Source: an uncultured Phycisphaerales bacterium
GTDB lineage: Bacteria; Planctomycetota; Phycisphaerae; Tepidisphaerales; Tepidisphaeraceae
Assembly (NCBI GenBank): GCA_963758525.1
Contig: CAVWVQ010000003.1
Coordinates: forward strand, 3,552,001 to 3,616,000
Reading direction: 5' to 3'
Length of the DNA: 64,000 bases
Of this stretch, positions 20,010 through 29,821 are shown piece by piece (position 1 is the stretch's first letter; every line of letters begins with the position of its first letter). The notes under the pieces are model-generated. The model saw only the letters and a list, made by a program, of their open reading frames with translations. It did not search any database and was not told the origin of the DNA. Both the position numbers and the translations under genes were made by a program.

Positions 20010-21090
20010 GTATGGCGGGATTCATCCCGCCGACTGACTTTTCACCGAAACACGTGGCGGGATGAATCCCGCCCTACAAACTGCGGACCTTTGTTCGCCG
20101 CGCAGACGGTCCGCAGAAGGGCGACGGTGCTCGTGCGCGGATTCGTGTTCATTGGGCGCCCTCCTGCGGACCCTACGGCACTGAAAAACTGACGCAGCGC
20201 AGCGCTATTCCGCAAACATCGGCCAAATACGAGCGAAAGAAGCGAGATCAAGAGCACTCACTCGAAAGTGGCGAATGGCTCCGAGTAGGGCGGGATTCAT
20301 CCCGCCGATTTGTTGGCCGGCCGAGAAAACGGCGGGATGAATCCCGCCCTACCACCGCAAAGATCCGCAATCACCACAAAAGTTACACCCGTCCGCGGAA
20401 GAGCTGCCGGTTGATACATCGTTCGTGCGAATGCTTTTCTACGGACCTTTGTACACCGCACAAAGGTCCGCAGGAGGGCGACGCGCATTCTCGGGCTTCG
20501 TGCCTATTTGCGCGCCCTCCTACGGACCCTACGCAACTGGGGTGTTGCGCTCGAAAGTGGCGATGGCGCCGAGTAGGGCGGGATTCATCCCGCCGATTTG
20601 TTGGCCGGCCGAGGAAACGGCGGGATGAGTTCCGCCCCTCCCATCGCAAAGATCCGCAATCGCCACAATTAAAAGTTATCCCCGTCCGCGGAAGAGTTTC
20701 CGGTAATACATCGTTCGTGCGAATGCTTTTCTACGGACCTTTGTACACCGCACAAAGGTCCGCAGGAGGGCGACGCGCATTCTCGGGCTTCGTGCTTATT
20801 TGCGCGCCCTCCTACGGACCCTACGCAACTGGGGTGTTGCGCTCGAAAGTGACGATGGCTGCGAGTAGGGCGGGATTCATCCCGCCGATTTGTTGGCCGG
20901 CCGAGAAAACGGCGGGATGAATCCCGCCCTACCACCGCAAAGATCCGCAATCACCACAAAAGTTACACCCGTCCGCGGAAGAGCTGCCGCTTGATACATC
21001 GTTCGTGCGAATGCTTTTTACGGACCTTTGTAAACCGCACAAAGGTCCGCAGGAGGGCGACGCGCATTCTCGGGCTTCGTGCTTATTTTT
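20010..21090. repeat. REP array with ~290-bp tandem units
   Basis: Units start at about 20354, 20643 and 20934 (last partial); each holds family A doublets and GGACCTTTGT/ACAAAGGTCC and GGAGGGCG/CGCCCTCC hairpins. Confidence 0.88.
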
Positions 21091-21273
21091 AGCCCTGCCT
21101 GTTTTAAGATGCTCTTTAAAGTTTCGGGCGGCACCTCCTTCGAAAGTTTGCCGCCGCCGGAATCGATCACCGTCCCTGCTTCTCGGGTGCCGACACTGCA
21201 TATGACTCCCCACAGTTCGCGTGAGACGCCATCCGTTCGCCTCGATCACTTTGATGATGTCCCGGTATTTCAT
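21085..21273 (-). pseudogene. hicA: HicA-family toxin, frameshifted, with no hicB
   Basis: MKYRDIIKVIEANGWRLTRTVGSHMQCRHP then, in another frame, GGKLSKEVPPETLKSILKQAGL; the 3' end abuts the repeat array. Confidence 0.75.
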
Positions 21274-21295
21274 TGCGGCGAACTGGTCGGCCGGC

Positions 21296-24200
21296 CTAGC
21301 TGCACCCCATCGAATTCCCGCAATTCAAGCACTTGTAGCAAGTCCCGCTGCGGACGGTGATGCTGCCGCAGACATCGCAGGCCGGCGCGTCGGCTTGCAA
21401 CTCGCTCCCCTGCTGGCTCAGGGGATCGGAGACGATCGCCAGGCGGAGATTGGCGCCGCTGGGCGTGGGGGCGCCGACTTCGGGAGCCTGCAGGTGGCTG
21501 CTGTGAGCCTCCTTGAGCTGTTCATCAGTGGCAGAGCCGTAGTTGAAGGGCTTCGCGGTATCGATTTCAATGCGCGGGCCGTGACCGTTGCCGGATTTCT
21601 TCTCGCTCGTGGGGGCGGGACGCATGTCGCTCGTCTCCGCTTCGGCCGTCGCGGGCAGTGCGATCGGCGTCGCTGATTCCAACGTCGGCGAGGGTGCGGG
21701 CGGGATCGCGGGTTTCGTGCGCCGCGGAGCGTGCTGGGCGCGGTAGCCGGGCACGAATTCCATCGCGAGCCAGCGGAAGATGTAATCGACCAGCGACTTG
21801 GCGATCGGGATCTCAGGGTTGCGCGTCATGCCGCTTGGCTCAAAACGGACATGCTCGAACTTGCGGACCAGCGATTCGACAGGCACGCCATATTGCAGGC
21901 TGACGCTGACAAGCGTGGCGATGGTGTCCATCAGCCCGCCGATGGTGGAGCCTTCTTTGGCGATGCGGATGAAGACTTCGCCCGGTTGGCCGTCGTCGTA
22001 CAGACCGACGGTGATGTACCCTTCGTGACCGGCAACGTCGAACTTGTGCGTCTTGGCGGTGCGCGTGTCGGGCAGCCGTCGGCGCAGCGGACGCTCCACG
22101 ATGCGCTCTACGATTTTCTCGATCGTGTGATGATGCACCGGCGCGATATTGTCAGATGAGATTGCGGGGACCAGCGCGAGCGATGCGGCAGCCACGACGT
22201 CGGCGGCAACCTCCTCGCGCGCGGCCAGCACGGATTCCTCGTCATCCTCTTCCAGCTCGTCGATTTCCTCGTCGCTCTTCACGTTCAGCGGCTGGCTCAA
22301 CTTGGAACCGTCGCGATACAGCGCGTTGGCCTTGAGACCGAGCTTCCAGCTCAGCTCGTAGCTCTTCTGAATGTCTTCGATCGTCGCCTCATTGGGCAGA
22401 TTGATCGTCTTGGAGATCGCGCCGCTGATGAATGGCTGGGCCGCGGCCATCATGCGGATGTGACCCTCGACGGCGATGTATCGCTTCCCGTGCCTGCCGC
22501 ACTTGTTGGCGCAGTCAAACACCGGCAGGTGGACGTTTTGCAGGCCCGGCGCGCCTTCGATGGTTCCGTGACCGCAAATCACATCGTTGGCTTCGTCGAT
22601 CTGCTTCTTGTTGAAACCGAGCCGGCGGAGCAGATTGAAGTTGGGCGACTGCCATTCGCCTTCGGAAATACCCAGCCGGTTCATCAGATCGGGGCCCATC
22701 GCCCATGGATTGAAGGCAAACGAGATCTCAAACGTGCCGGGGAGCGCGGCCTCCACTTTTTCCAGCTCGGCATCGGTGAAGCCGAGGCGCTGAAGCCGTT
22801 CGTAACTGATGTGCGGCGCGTCGTGGAGCGTGAGGGTGCCCATGACGTACTTGATGATGTCGTGAATCTGCGTCGGCTCGTAGCCGAGATTTTCCAGCGC
22901 GGGCCGGAGCGATTGATTGGCGATCTTGAAGTAACCGCCGCCGGCCAGTTTCTTGAACTTGACCAGCGCGAAATCGGGCTCGACGCCGGTCGTGTCGCAG
23001 TCCATGAGCAGCCCGATGGTGCCGGTGGGGGCGATGACGGTGGTCTGCGCGTTGCGGTAGCCGTGACGTTCTCCCAGCGCCAGCGCGCGGTCCCAGCATT
23101 CGCGGGCCGAGGACAGCAGCGGACGGGGCGCCATCGGATCGGCATCTGAGAATTGCGTCTCGTCGATACCGACCGGCTCGATATCCAGGTGCTCGTAGGG
23201 ACCGGTCGCTTTGCGATGGGTCGGGGCCTTGCTTACGTTGTAAGCCGCCCGGCGATGATTGCGGATCACGCGGAGCATCTCCGCCTGGTTTTGCTCATAG
23301 CCGGGAAATGCGCCTAGCTCGCGAGCCATCTCCGCGCTGGTGGCGTAGCTCTCGCCGGTCAGAATTGCGGTGAGGGCGCCGCAGATTGCCCGTCCCTTCT
23401 CCGAATCGTACGGAATGCCCGCCTGCATCAGCATTGCCCCCAGGTTGGCATACCCCAGGCCGAGGGTCCGGTAGTGGTAGCTGAGCCTGGCGATTGCTTC
23501 GGAGGGGAAGCTGGCCATGAGCACCGAAATTTCCAGCACGATCGTCCAGAGGCGAATCCCGTGCTTGTACCCCTCCACGTCGAAGCGGCGCGACTCGGCG
23601 TCGAAAAACGTGAGGACGTTGAGCGATGCGAGATTGCACGCCGTGTCGTCGAGGAACATGTATTCCGAGCAGTTATGAACGGTCAATCCGTTCGCGACAA
23701 AGCTGCCGGTGACCGGTTCGGTCAGATCGAAAACCTGCTGCTTGCCGAGCGGCGTGAGCGTGGCGACGTGATCGTAGTTGGGCAGATCGCCGAACCTCGA
23801 CACCGATCCGCCGGCGGCTTCAGTCAGTTGAGAGAGCAGCGGGCCGGGAAGCAGAGAGATCGATTCACAAAAAGAGCGGAGGCTGCCCGGCTCAATACGC
23901 AGGCCGTGGCGTCTGGATTCTGCGTGCCCGGATTGATCGTCCGAAAGGCGACCGGACAGCGCTCCGCTGGCGAAGGCTCCGCCTTCGCATGTGTTGAGTT
24001 GCACCGACGACTGAATTCCAAAACCCGCAAGGAGGAGTTGCACGTCTTCCAGGAACCCGACGCTGTTGTGCTCGAGCGCGAGGATTCCGTCGCGAAGGCT
24101 CCCGTCGGCGGTGAAGAGCCCGCGAAGCAAATGCTTTTGCGCGGGCAGACCCGCGGTAAAGGCCTCATCGCCCAGACGCGTCTCACCCGTATCGGCGCGG

Positions 24201-25993
24201 AGGAACGCCTTGAGCCGGCTGATGAGCCGACGGTTGGTCAGCGTCGCGGTGAGCGTGTCGGCGCTCTCGTCTCCGAGCATGACCTGATTGACATAGTCAT
24301 CGCGATATCGTCGTTCACCCCAGGTGTCGGCGACATATCGCGTGTACTGATCGATCGCGGCCGCATCTCGCAGGCAGGCATCGAGCTTGACGGTGTTTGC
24401 ATCGTGGTTCGCGTTCGACAGCAGCAGGCCAAGAACCTGGAAGAACCGGGCGTCGGTCGGCTCGCCGATTTCTTCAACGCATGCCGGCCGGCTGGGAAGC
24501 TTGATCTCGTCCGACGCGGTGAGGTCCTGCGCCGCAACCCAGCCGCGATGGCGCGTCCAGACCTTGTGATCTGCCGTGAGTTTCAAGCGGTATCCGCCGG
24601 CGGTTCGCAGCTCGAAAACCTCGCGGGTGCCGGTGGGGAAAGCGCCGTCGGTGCCGTGGATTTCCTGCGAGTCTTTGTTGGTGATGATCCGGCTGGGGAG
24701 ATGAATCATCTGATCGATGCGGCGCCAGATTCCGCCGGGGGTGAGCACGCGCGTATCTCCGGTCACGCACGGATTCGACGCGTTGATCCGGCCCGATCGC
24801 GGGCAGGTGTGCCACTGGTTGATCGTGTCGTCATATTGCACGCCCGGGTCGGCGCAACGCCAGGCGGCAAACGAGATTTGCTCCCACAGATCGCGCACCT
24901 TCACCGTCTTGGCGACCTTCCCGCTCGAGCGCCAGGTGAGCGTCCAGTCGCCATCCTCCTCAACCGCCTTGAAGAAACGATTGGGGATGCGGACGGAGTT
25001 GTTTGAGTTTTGGCCGGAGACGGTGAGATAACCTTCGCCATTGAAATCGTAGTCCAGCTTCAGCCCGAGCTTTTTGGCCAACTCCTGCTGCGGCTTGGAC
25101 AGATGCTTGATCCCTTCCGCCAGCGCGGCAACCTTGAGCTCTTCGCGCACTTTCCAGTTGACGAAATCCTCGATATCCGGATGGTCCAGATCGAGGCAGA
25201 CCATTTTGGCGGCCCGGCGCGTCGTGCCGCCCGACTTGATCGCGCCCGCGGCACGGTCGCCAATTTTCAGGAAGCTCATCAGCCCCGAGGATTTTCCGCC
25301 GCCCGAGAGCGGCTCGTCTTCACCGCGGATTTTCGAGAAGTTGGTTCCGGTGCCCGAGCCGTATTTGAAGAGACGCGCCTCGCGCGTCCAGAGATCCATG
25401 ATGCCGCCCTCGTTCACCAGGTCGTCTTTGACCGATTGGATAAAGCAGGCATGAGGTTGCGGATGTGAATACGCGTCGCGGCTCTTCTGCAGCTCGCCGT
25501 TCTTGGGATCGCAATAGAGATGCCCCTGCGCCGGGCCGGTGATGCCGTAGGCAAAGTTCAGCCCCGTGTTGAACCACTGCGGCGAGTTGGGCGCGCACAT
25601 CTGATGCAGCAGCATGTAGGCCAACTCGTCATAAAAGGCCTGCGCGTCCTCGGCGGTGTCGAAATACCCGTGCTTCTCGCCCCAGTAGCGCCAGCATCCG
25701 GCCAGGCGATGCACCACCTGCCGCGCGGATTTCTCCGGGCCGGTGACGATATTGCCGTGCGCATCGCGGATCGGCTGCCCGCTCTCGTCGGCCAGCGGAA
25801 CACCCGCCTTGCGGAAATACTTGCTCACCATGATGTCGGTGGCAAGCTGCGACCACTGGGCCGGAATCTCCGCGTCATTCATCTCGAAGACAATCGAGCC
25901 GTCGGGATTGCTGATCCGGCTCGTGCGCTTCTGATATTCAACCGATGCGAATGGGTCCTGTCCGGCCTTGGTGAATCGACGGGTGATCTTCAT
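21296..25993 (-). CDS. nrdJ: Class II (B12-dependent) ribonucleotide reductase with intein and C-terminal TSCPD/Zn-ribbon
   Basis: APNSPQWFNTG, ACFIQ, GGTTRRAAKM, NASNP|CSEY, ACNLAS, IAPTGTIG, SGAISKTINLP, CDVCG...CLNCGNSMGCS. Confidence 0.95.
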   Translation of the reverse strand: MKITRRFTKAGQDPFASVEYQKRTSRISNPDGSIVFEMNDAEIPAQWSQLATDIMVSKYFRKAGVPLADESGQPIRDAHGNIVTGPEKSARQVVHRLAGCWRYWGEKHGYFDTAEDAQAFYDELAYMLLHQMCAPNSPQWFNTGLNFAYGITGPAQGHLYCDPKNGELQKSRDAYSHPQPHACFIQSVKDDLVNEGGIMDLWTREARLFKYGSGTGTNFSKIRGEDEPLSGGGKSSGLMSFLKIGDRAAGAIKSGGTTRRAAKMVCLDLDHPDIEDFVNWKVREELKVAALAEGIKHLSKPQQELAKKLGLKLDYDFNGEGYLTVSGQNSNNSVRIPNRFFKAVEEDGDWTLTWRSSGKVAKTVKVRDLWEQISFAAWRCADPGVQYDDTINQWHTCPRSGRINASNPCVTGDTRVLTPGGIWRRIDQMIHLPSRIITNKDSQEIHGTDGAFPTGTREVFELRTAGGYRLKLTADHKVWTRHRGWVAAQDLTASDEIKLPSRPACVEEIGEPTDARFFQVLGLLLSNANHDANTVKLDACLRDAAAIDQYTRYVADTWGERRYRDDYVNQVMLGDESADTLTATLTNRRLISRLKAFLRADTGETRLGDEAFTAGLPAQKHLLRGLFTADGSLRDGILALEHNSVGFLEDVQLLLAGFGIQSSVQLNTCEGGAFASGALSGRLSDDQSGHAESRRHGLRIEPGSLRSFCESISLLPGPLLSQLTEAAGGSVSRFGDLPNYDHVATLTPLGKQQVFDLTEPVTGSFVANGLTVHNCSEYMFLDDTACNLASLNVLTFFDAESRRFDVEGYKHGIRLWTIVLEISVLMASFPSEAIARLSYHYRTLGLGYANLGAMLMQAGIPYDSEKGRAICGALTAILTGESYATSAEMARELGAFPGYEQNQAEMLRVIRNHRRAAYNVSKAPTHRKATGPYEHLDIEPVGIDETQFSDADPMAPRPLLSSARECWDRALALGERHGYRNAQTTVIAPTGTIGLLMDCDTTGVEPDFALVKFKKLAGGGYFKIANQSLRPALENLGYEPTQIHDIIKYVMGTLTLHDAPHISYERLQRLGFTDAELEKVEAALPGTFEISFAFNPWAMGPDLMNRLGISEGEWQSPNFNLLRRLGFNKKQIDEANDVICGHGTIEGAPGLQNVHLPVFDCANKCGRHGKRYIAVEGHIRMMAAAQPFISGAISKTINLPNEATIEDIQKSYELSWKLGLKANALYRDGSKLSQPLNVKSDEEIDELEEDDEESVLAAREEVAADVVAAASLALVPAISSDNIAPVHHHTIEKIVERIVERPLRRRLPDTRTAKTHKFDVAGHEGYITVGLYDDGQPGEVFIRIAKEGSTIGGLMDTIATLVSVSLQYGVPVESLVRKFEHVRFEPSGMTRNPEIPIAKSLVDYIFRWLAMEFVPGYRAQHAPRRTKPAIPPAPSPTLESATPIALPATAEAETSDMRPAPTSEKKSGNGHGPRIEIDTAKPFNYGSATDEQLKEAHSSHLQAPEVGAPTPSGANLRLAIVSDPLSQQGSELQADAPACDVCGSITVRSGTCYKCLNCGNSMGCS
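23672..24769 (-). mobile_element. Intein (366 aa) with LAGLIDADG-type homing endonuclease remnant
   Basis: Block A CVTGDTRV, block B TADHKVWT, LRGLFTADG, block F VFDLT, block G VHN followed by C. Confidence 0.93.
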
Positions 25994-26091
25994 CTGGTCA
26001 CATCCCTGTTTTTAAAGCGTTTGTAGAAATTCCAGTGACATTGCGAATATGACATGACGCGCCCTTTCGGCCGCGCATGCGGACGGCCGGT

Positions 26092-26652
26092 TCAATCAAC
26101 CTTGGGAAGCGTCAGACCGGCCTGGTTCTGATATTTCCCGCGCTTATCGGCATAGCTGACGGCACACACGCGATCGGCCTTGAGAAAAACGAGCTGGGCG
26201 ATCCCCTCATTGGCGTAAATCTTTGCCGGCAGCGGCGTCGTGTTGCTGATTTCGAGCGTGATCTTTCCCTGCCATTCCGGCTCGATCGGCGTCACGTTCA
26301 CAATGATCCCGCAACGGGCGTAGGTGCTCTTGCCGACGCAAATCGCCAATGCGTTTCGCGGCATGACAACGTGTTCGACGGTTTCGCACAGCGCAAACGA
26401 ATTGGGCGGAATCAAAACGTAGTCCCTTCCCTCGATCTCGGTATCGACGGTGACAAACGAGCGCTCCGAAAAGCGCTTCGGATCGATCACCTCAGAATTG
26501 ACATTGGTGAAGATCTTGAACACCGATCCCACCCGCAGATCGTACCCGTAGCTGGAGACGCCGAAACTGATCTTCCCCTGGCGTTTGGTGTTTTCCTCGA
26601 ACGGCTCGATGCCGATCAACTCGCGGATTTGCGTATCGCACAGCACACCCAT
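26092..26652 (-). CDS. dcd: dCTP deaminase
   Basis: [52 protein letters not shown]. Confidence 0.95.
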   Translation of the reverse strand: MGVLCDTQIRELIGIEPFEENTKRQGKISFGVSSYGYDLRVGSVFKIFTNVNSEVIDPKRFSERSFVTVDTEIEGRDYVLIPPNSFALCETVEHVVMPRNALAICVGKSTYARCGIIVNVTPIEPEWQGKITLEISNTTPLPAKIYANEGIAQLVFLKADRVCAVSYADKRGKYQNQAGLTLPKVD

Positions 26653-26885
26653 CGGACCCTCGCAGTCTCGCAGAACGTGAAGGACGTATTCGTCCGTTTT
26701 CATCCGCGCCAGCGTCCCGTCGGTCCATGACGGTAAATCGCAATCATCTCAAAAAAATGCCCGCGCTGGTCCTTGCGCCGGGACACGACACATCTCGCAA
26801 GATCAGTGCCCAAAAGCAGTAGCGCTTCGTACTTGGGCTCGCCACCGGCCGACGTTCGATTTATCGGCTTAAGCTCGCCAACTGT

Positions 26886-26933
26886 ACACAATATCTTGTG
26901 GTCTTCAAAGGATAATTTACCACAGCTAGTGCA
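26886..26933. promoter_or_regulatory. Tandem NrdR boxes over the dcd-nrdJ promoter
   Basis: ACACAATATCTTGTGG (26886-26901) fits acaCwAtATaTwGtg; weaker TACCACAGCTAGTGCA starts 32 bp away; box 1 lies within a minus-strand TTGAAG-N16-TACAGT. Confidence 0.75.
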
Positions 26934-27061
26934 TACTGAATCTTAGCGCTTTGATAGTTCAAGGATTACGATACGCGAAAAATTTTCCATGCCGTCGATC
27001 GACTGTCGCGCGGCGCAGCTTATCCACCGGCTCACGTGACAGGTTGTGGAAAAGTGTTGCT

Positions 27062-27089
27062 TTGACATCGAACCTGCACGCATTAAACT
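27062..27089 (+). promoter_or_regulatory. Sigma70 promoter, probably leaderless, for the DUF433 gene
   Basis: TTGACA-N16-TAAACT, with GTG start 7 nt downstream. Confidence 0.5.
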
Positions 27090-27096
27090 TTGATTC

Positions 27097-27324
27097 GTGG
27101 ATTACTCGCACCTCATCACAATCGAGGCGGAGAAGCGGAGCGGGCAGGCATGTATCCGCGGCCTGCGCATCACCGTTCGCGATGTGCTTGAGTACCTCGC
27201 CTCCGGAATGTCCAGCGAGGAAATTCTCGGCGATTTTCCTGATCTGACCGCGGATGATATCCGTGCATGTCTGGCATTTGCGGCTGAGCGAGAACGGCGG
27301 CTGTGGGTTGTGCCCGCCGCATGA
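27097..27324 (+). CDS. DUF433 antitoxin-like protein
   Basis: ITIEAEKRSGQACIRGLRITVRDVLEYLASGMSSEEILGDFPDLTADDIRACLAFAA. Confidence 0.9.
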   Translation: MDYSHLITIEAEKRSGQACIRGLRITVRDVLEYLASGMSSEEILGDFPDLTADDIRACLAFAAERERRLWVVPAA

Positions 27325-27359
27325 AACTCCTCTTCGATCAGAACTTCACCCGACGGCTT
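27321..27359 (+). pseudogene. 5' stub of a DUF5615-type PIN toxin
   Basis: ATGA overlap then MKLLFDQNFTRRL; similarity stops at the convergent DUF4058 gene. Confidence 0.6.
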
Positions 27360-28104
27360 CTATCACATTCTTCCATCGCCGCGGCACGCCTTCGTACGCG
27401 GCGGCGTAGGTCGCGTCCAACGGGAGGTTGACATACCAGTCAGGATCGTAAAACAGCGGCATCTCGGGGACTGGTTCGCCCGGCTCGAATGATTCGCCAT
27501 AGCAGTGGACCAGATCGGCAACACGGAAGGAGGAAGTGGAAAGGGGTTTGCCCCCCGGCCATGCGATACGCTGCCCGCCGATCGCTTCCCATACGGCGCT
27601 GCTGAGTCCCGCCGGATCGCTCGGGCCGGCAGGGAAGAGGTCGACCACCACAAGGTGATACCCGGCTTGTAAGCTGCCCACCGCCTTATCGATGAATCGC
27701 TGCACGGACTGGGCCCGGTCCTTGTTGCCGGGCGAAACGATCTCCAGAAGCGCAACGATTCGGTCATTGGTGGCATGACGAATCGTCAGCGTGCGCCGCT
27801 TGAGGGCGTACAGTGCCGCCTCGTCGACCTGCCCGATCACGTGCGCCTTTGGCCGCGCCACTGCCAGCGCGGTTCCGCCGCCGTCCGACGAAAAATCCTC
27901 CGGCTCGCGGCTCTCGCTACCCTCGTCATGTTGCTCCAGCGCCAGAAGGTCCGGCTCGAACTCCGCCGCCCGCTGCTCGGCCAAGGCGTATAAATCACGC
28001 GGCAGAAGGCCGGAATTGAGGGCACGGCGGAGCTCCGCGATCCACGCCAGGTGGAAGTCATGAAACGTTCCCGCTGTCACTCTTGTCCAGTCGTGCGCCG
28101 GCAT
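27346..28104 (-). CDS. DUF4058-family protein (restriction-endonuclease-like fold)
   Basis: MPAHDWTRV..GTFHDFH..WI; IVALLEIVSPGNK; HLVVVDLF; LDATYAAAY. Confidence 0.8.
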   Translation of the reverse strand: MPAHDWTRVTAGTFHDFHLAWIAELRRALNSGLLPRDLYALAEQRAAEFEPDLLALEQHDEGSESREPEDFSSDGGGTALAVARPKAHVIGQVDEAALYALKRRTLTIRHATNDRIVALLEIVSPGNKDRAQSVQRFIDKAVGSLQAGYHLVVVDLFPAGPSDPAGLSSAVWEAIGGQRIAWPGGKPLSTSSFRVADLVHCYGESFEPGEPVPEMPLFYDPDWYVNLPLDATYAAAYEGVPRRWKNVIEAVG

Positions 28105-28267
28105 AAAAATCATTATACGGTCCGAAAAGAAATAAGCGTATGAGACAACGCTCGTCCTCTCGTCACGTTTCACGTCTTCACGTTCGAAGATTTCCACCTC
28201 CCTGTCACGTTCCAATCACCAATCACCAATCGCAACGCCCACGACGTACAAATAAATTATTTCACCC

Positions 28268-28296
28268 TTGCATCTCGCAAATCCGATAGCTAACAT
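28268..28296 (+). promoter_or_regulatory. Putative sigma70 promoter of recA
   Basis: TTGCAT-N17-TAACAT with an AT-rich upstream tract. Confidence 0.45.
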
Positions 28297-28439
28297 CCCC
28301 CAAACAGCACTGAGTCAGGACGGTATTGGCGACTTCCGTCGAGCTCAGTTGGCGATGGCCGGTATGTGCCGGTCGGTCGCTTGAAGTCGCCGCATACGCT
28401 GGCTGAAAAACAGACCCGGCGTTCACTGGAGTTCATATC

Positions 28440-29576
<1,137 letters not shown>

Positions 29577-29821
29577 TCTTGCCGTGCCCAAAGAACCGGC
29601 AACTGGGTTCGCTGCACCAGGTAGCAATTTGTGATGCCCAGCGGATTCTTTGCCTGCCGGAAATATCCGGCACATCACCACTTATGTGAGCGGCGGCTTC
29701 AACCAGGAGCTTGAAGCCGCCGCTGCTCTTGCCGAGGGCGCGCAAATTGCTAAACATGCAGGGGCTGGCGAGCGTAGTGCTCGCAGCGGGCGTTGTGGGC
29801 TTTTGTGCATCGGGGTTGTGA

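Noticed and set aside
17109..21273. Integron cassette array
   Set aside because: No integrase and no convincing RYYYAAC/GTTRRRY attC pairs; the hairpins are REP-type
26655..26880. Cobalamin riboswitch ahead of dcd-nrdJ
   Set aside because: B12-box and GGGAA/GCCACTG core motifs not found on the minus strand
26980..27060. Replication origin
   Set aside because: Only two DnaA-like boxes, no clear unwinding element, and no dnaA/dnaN context
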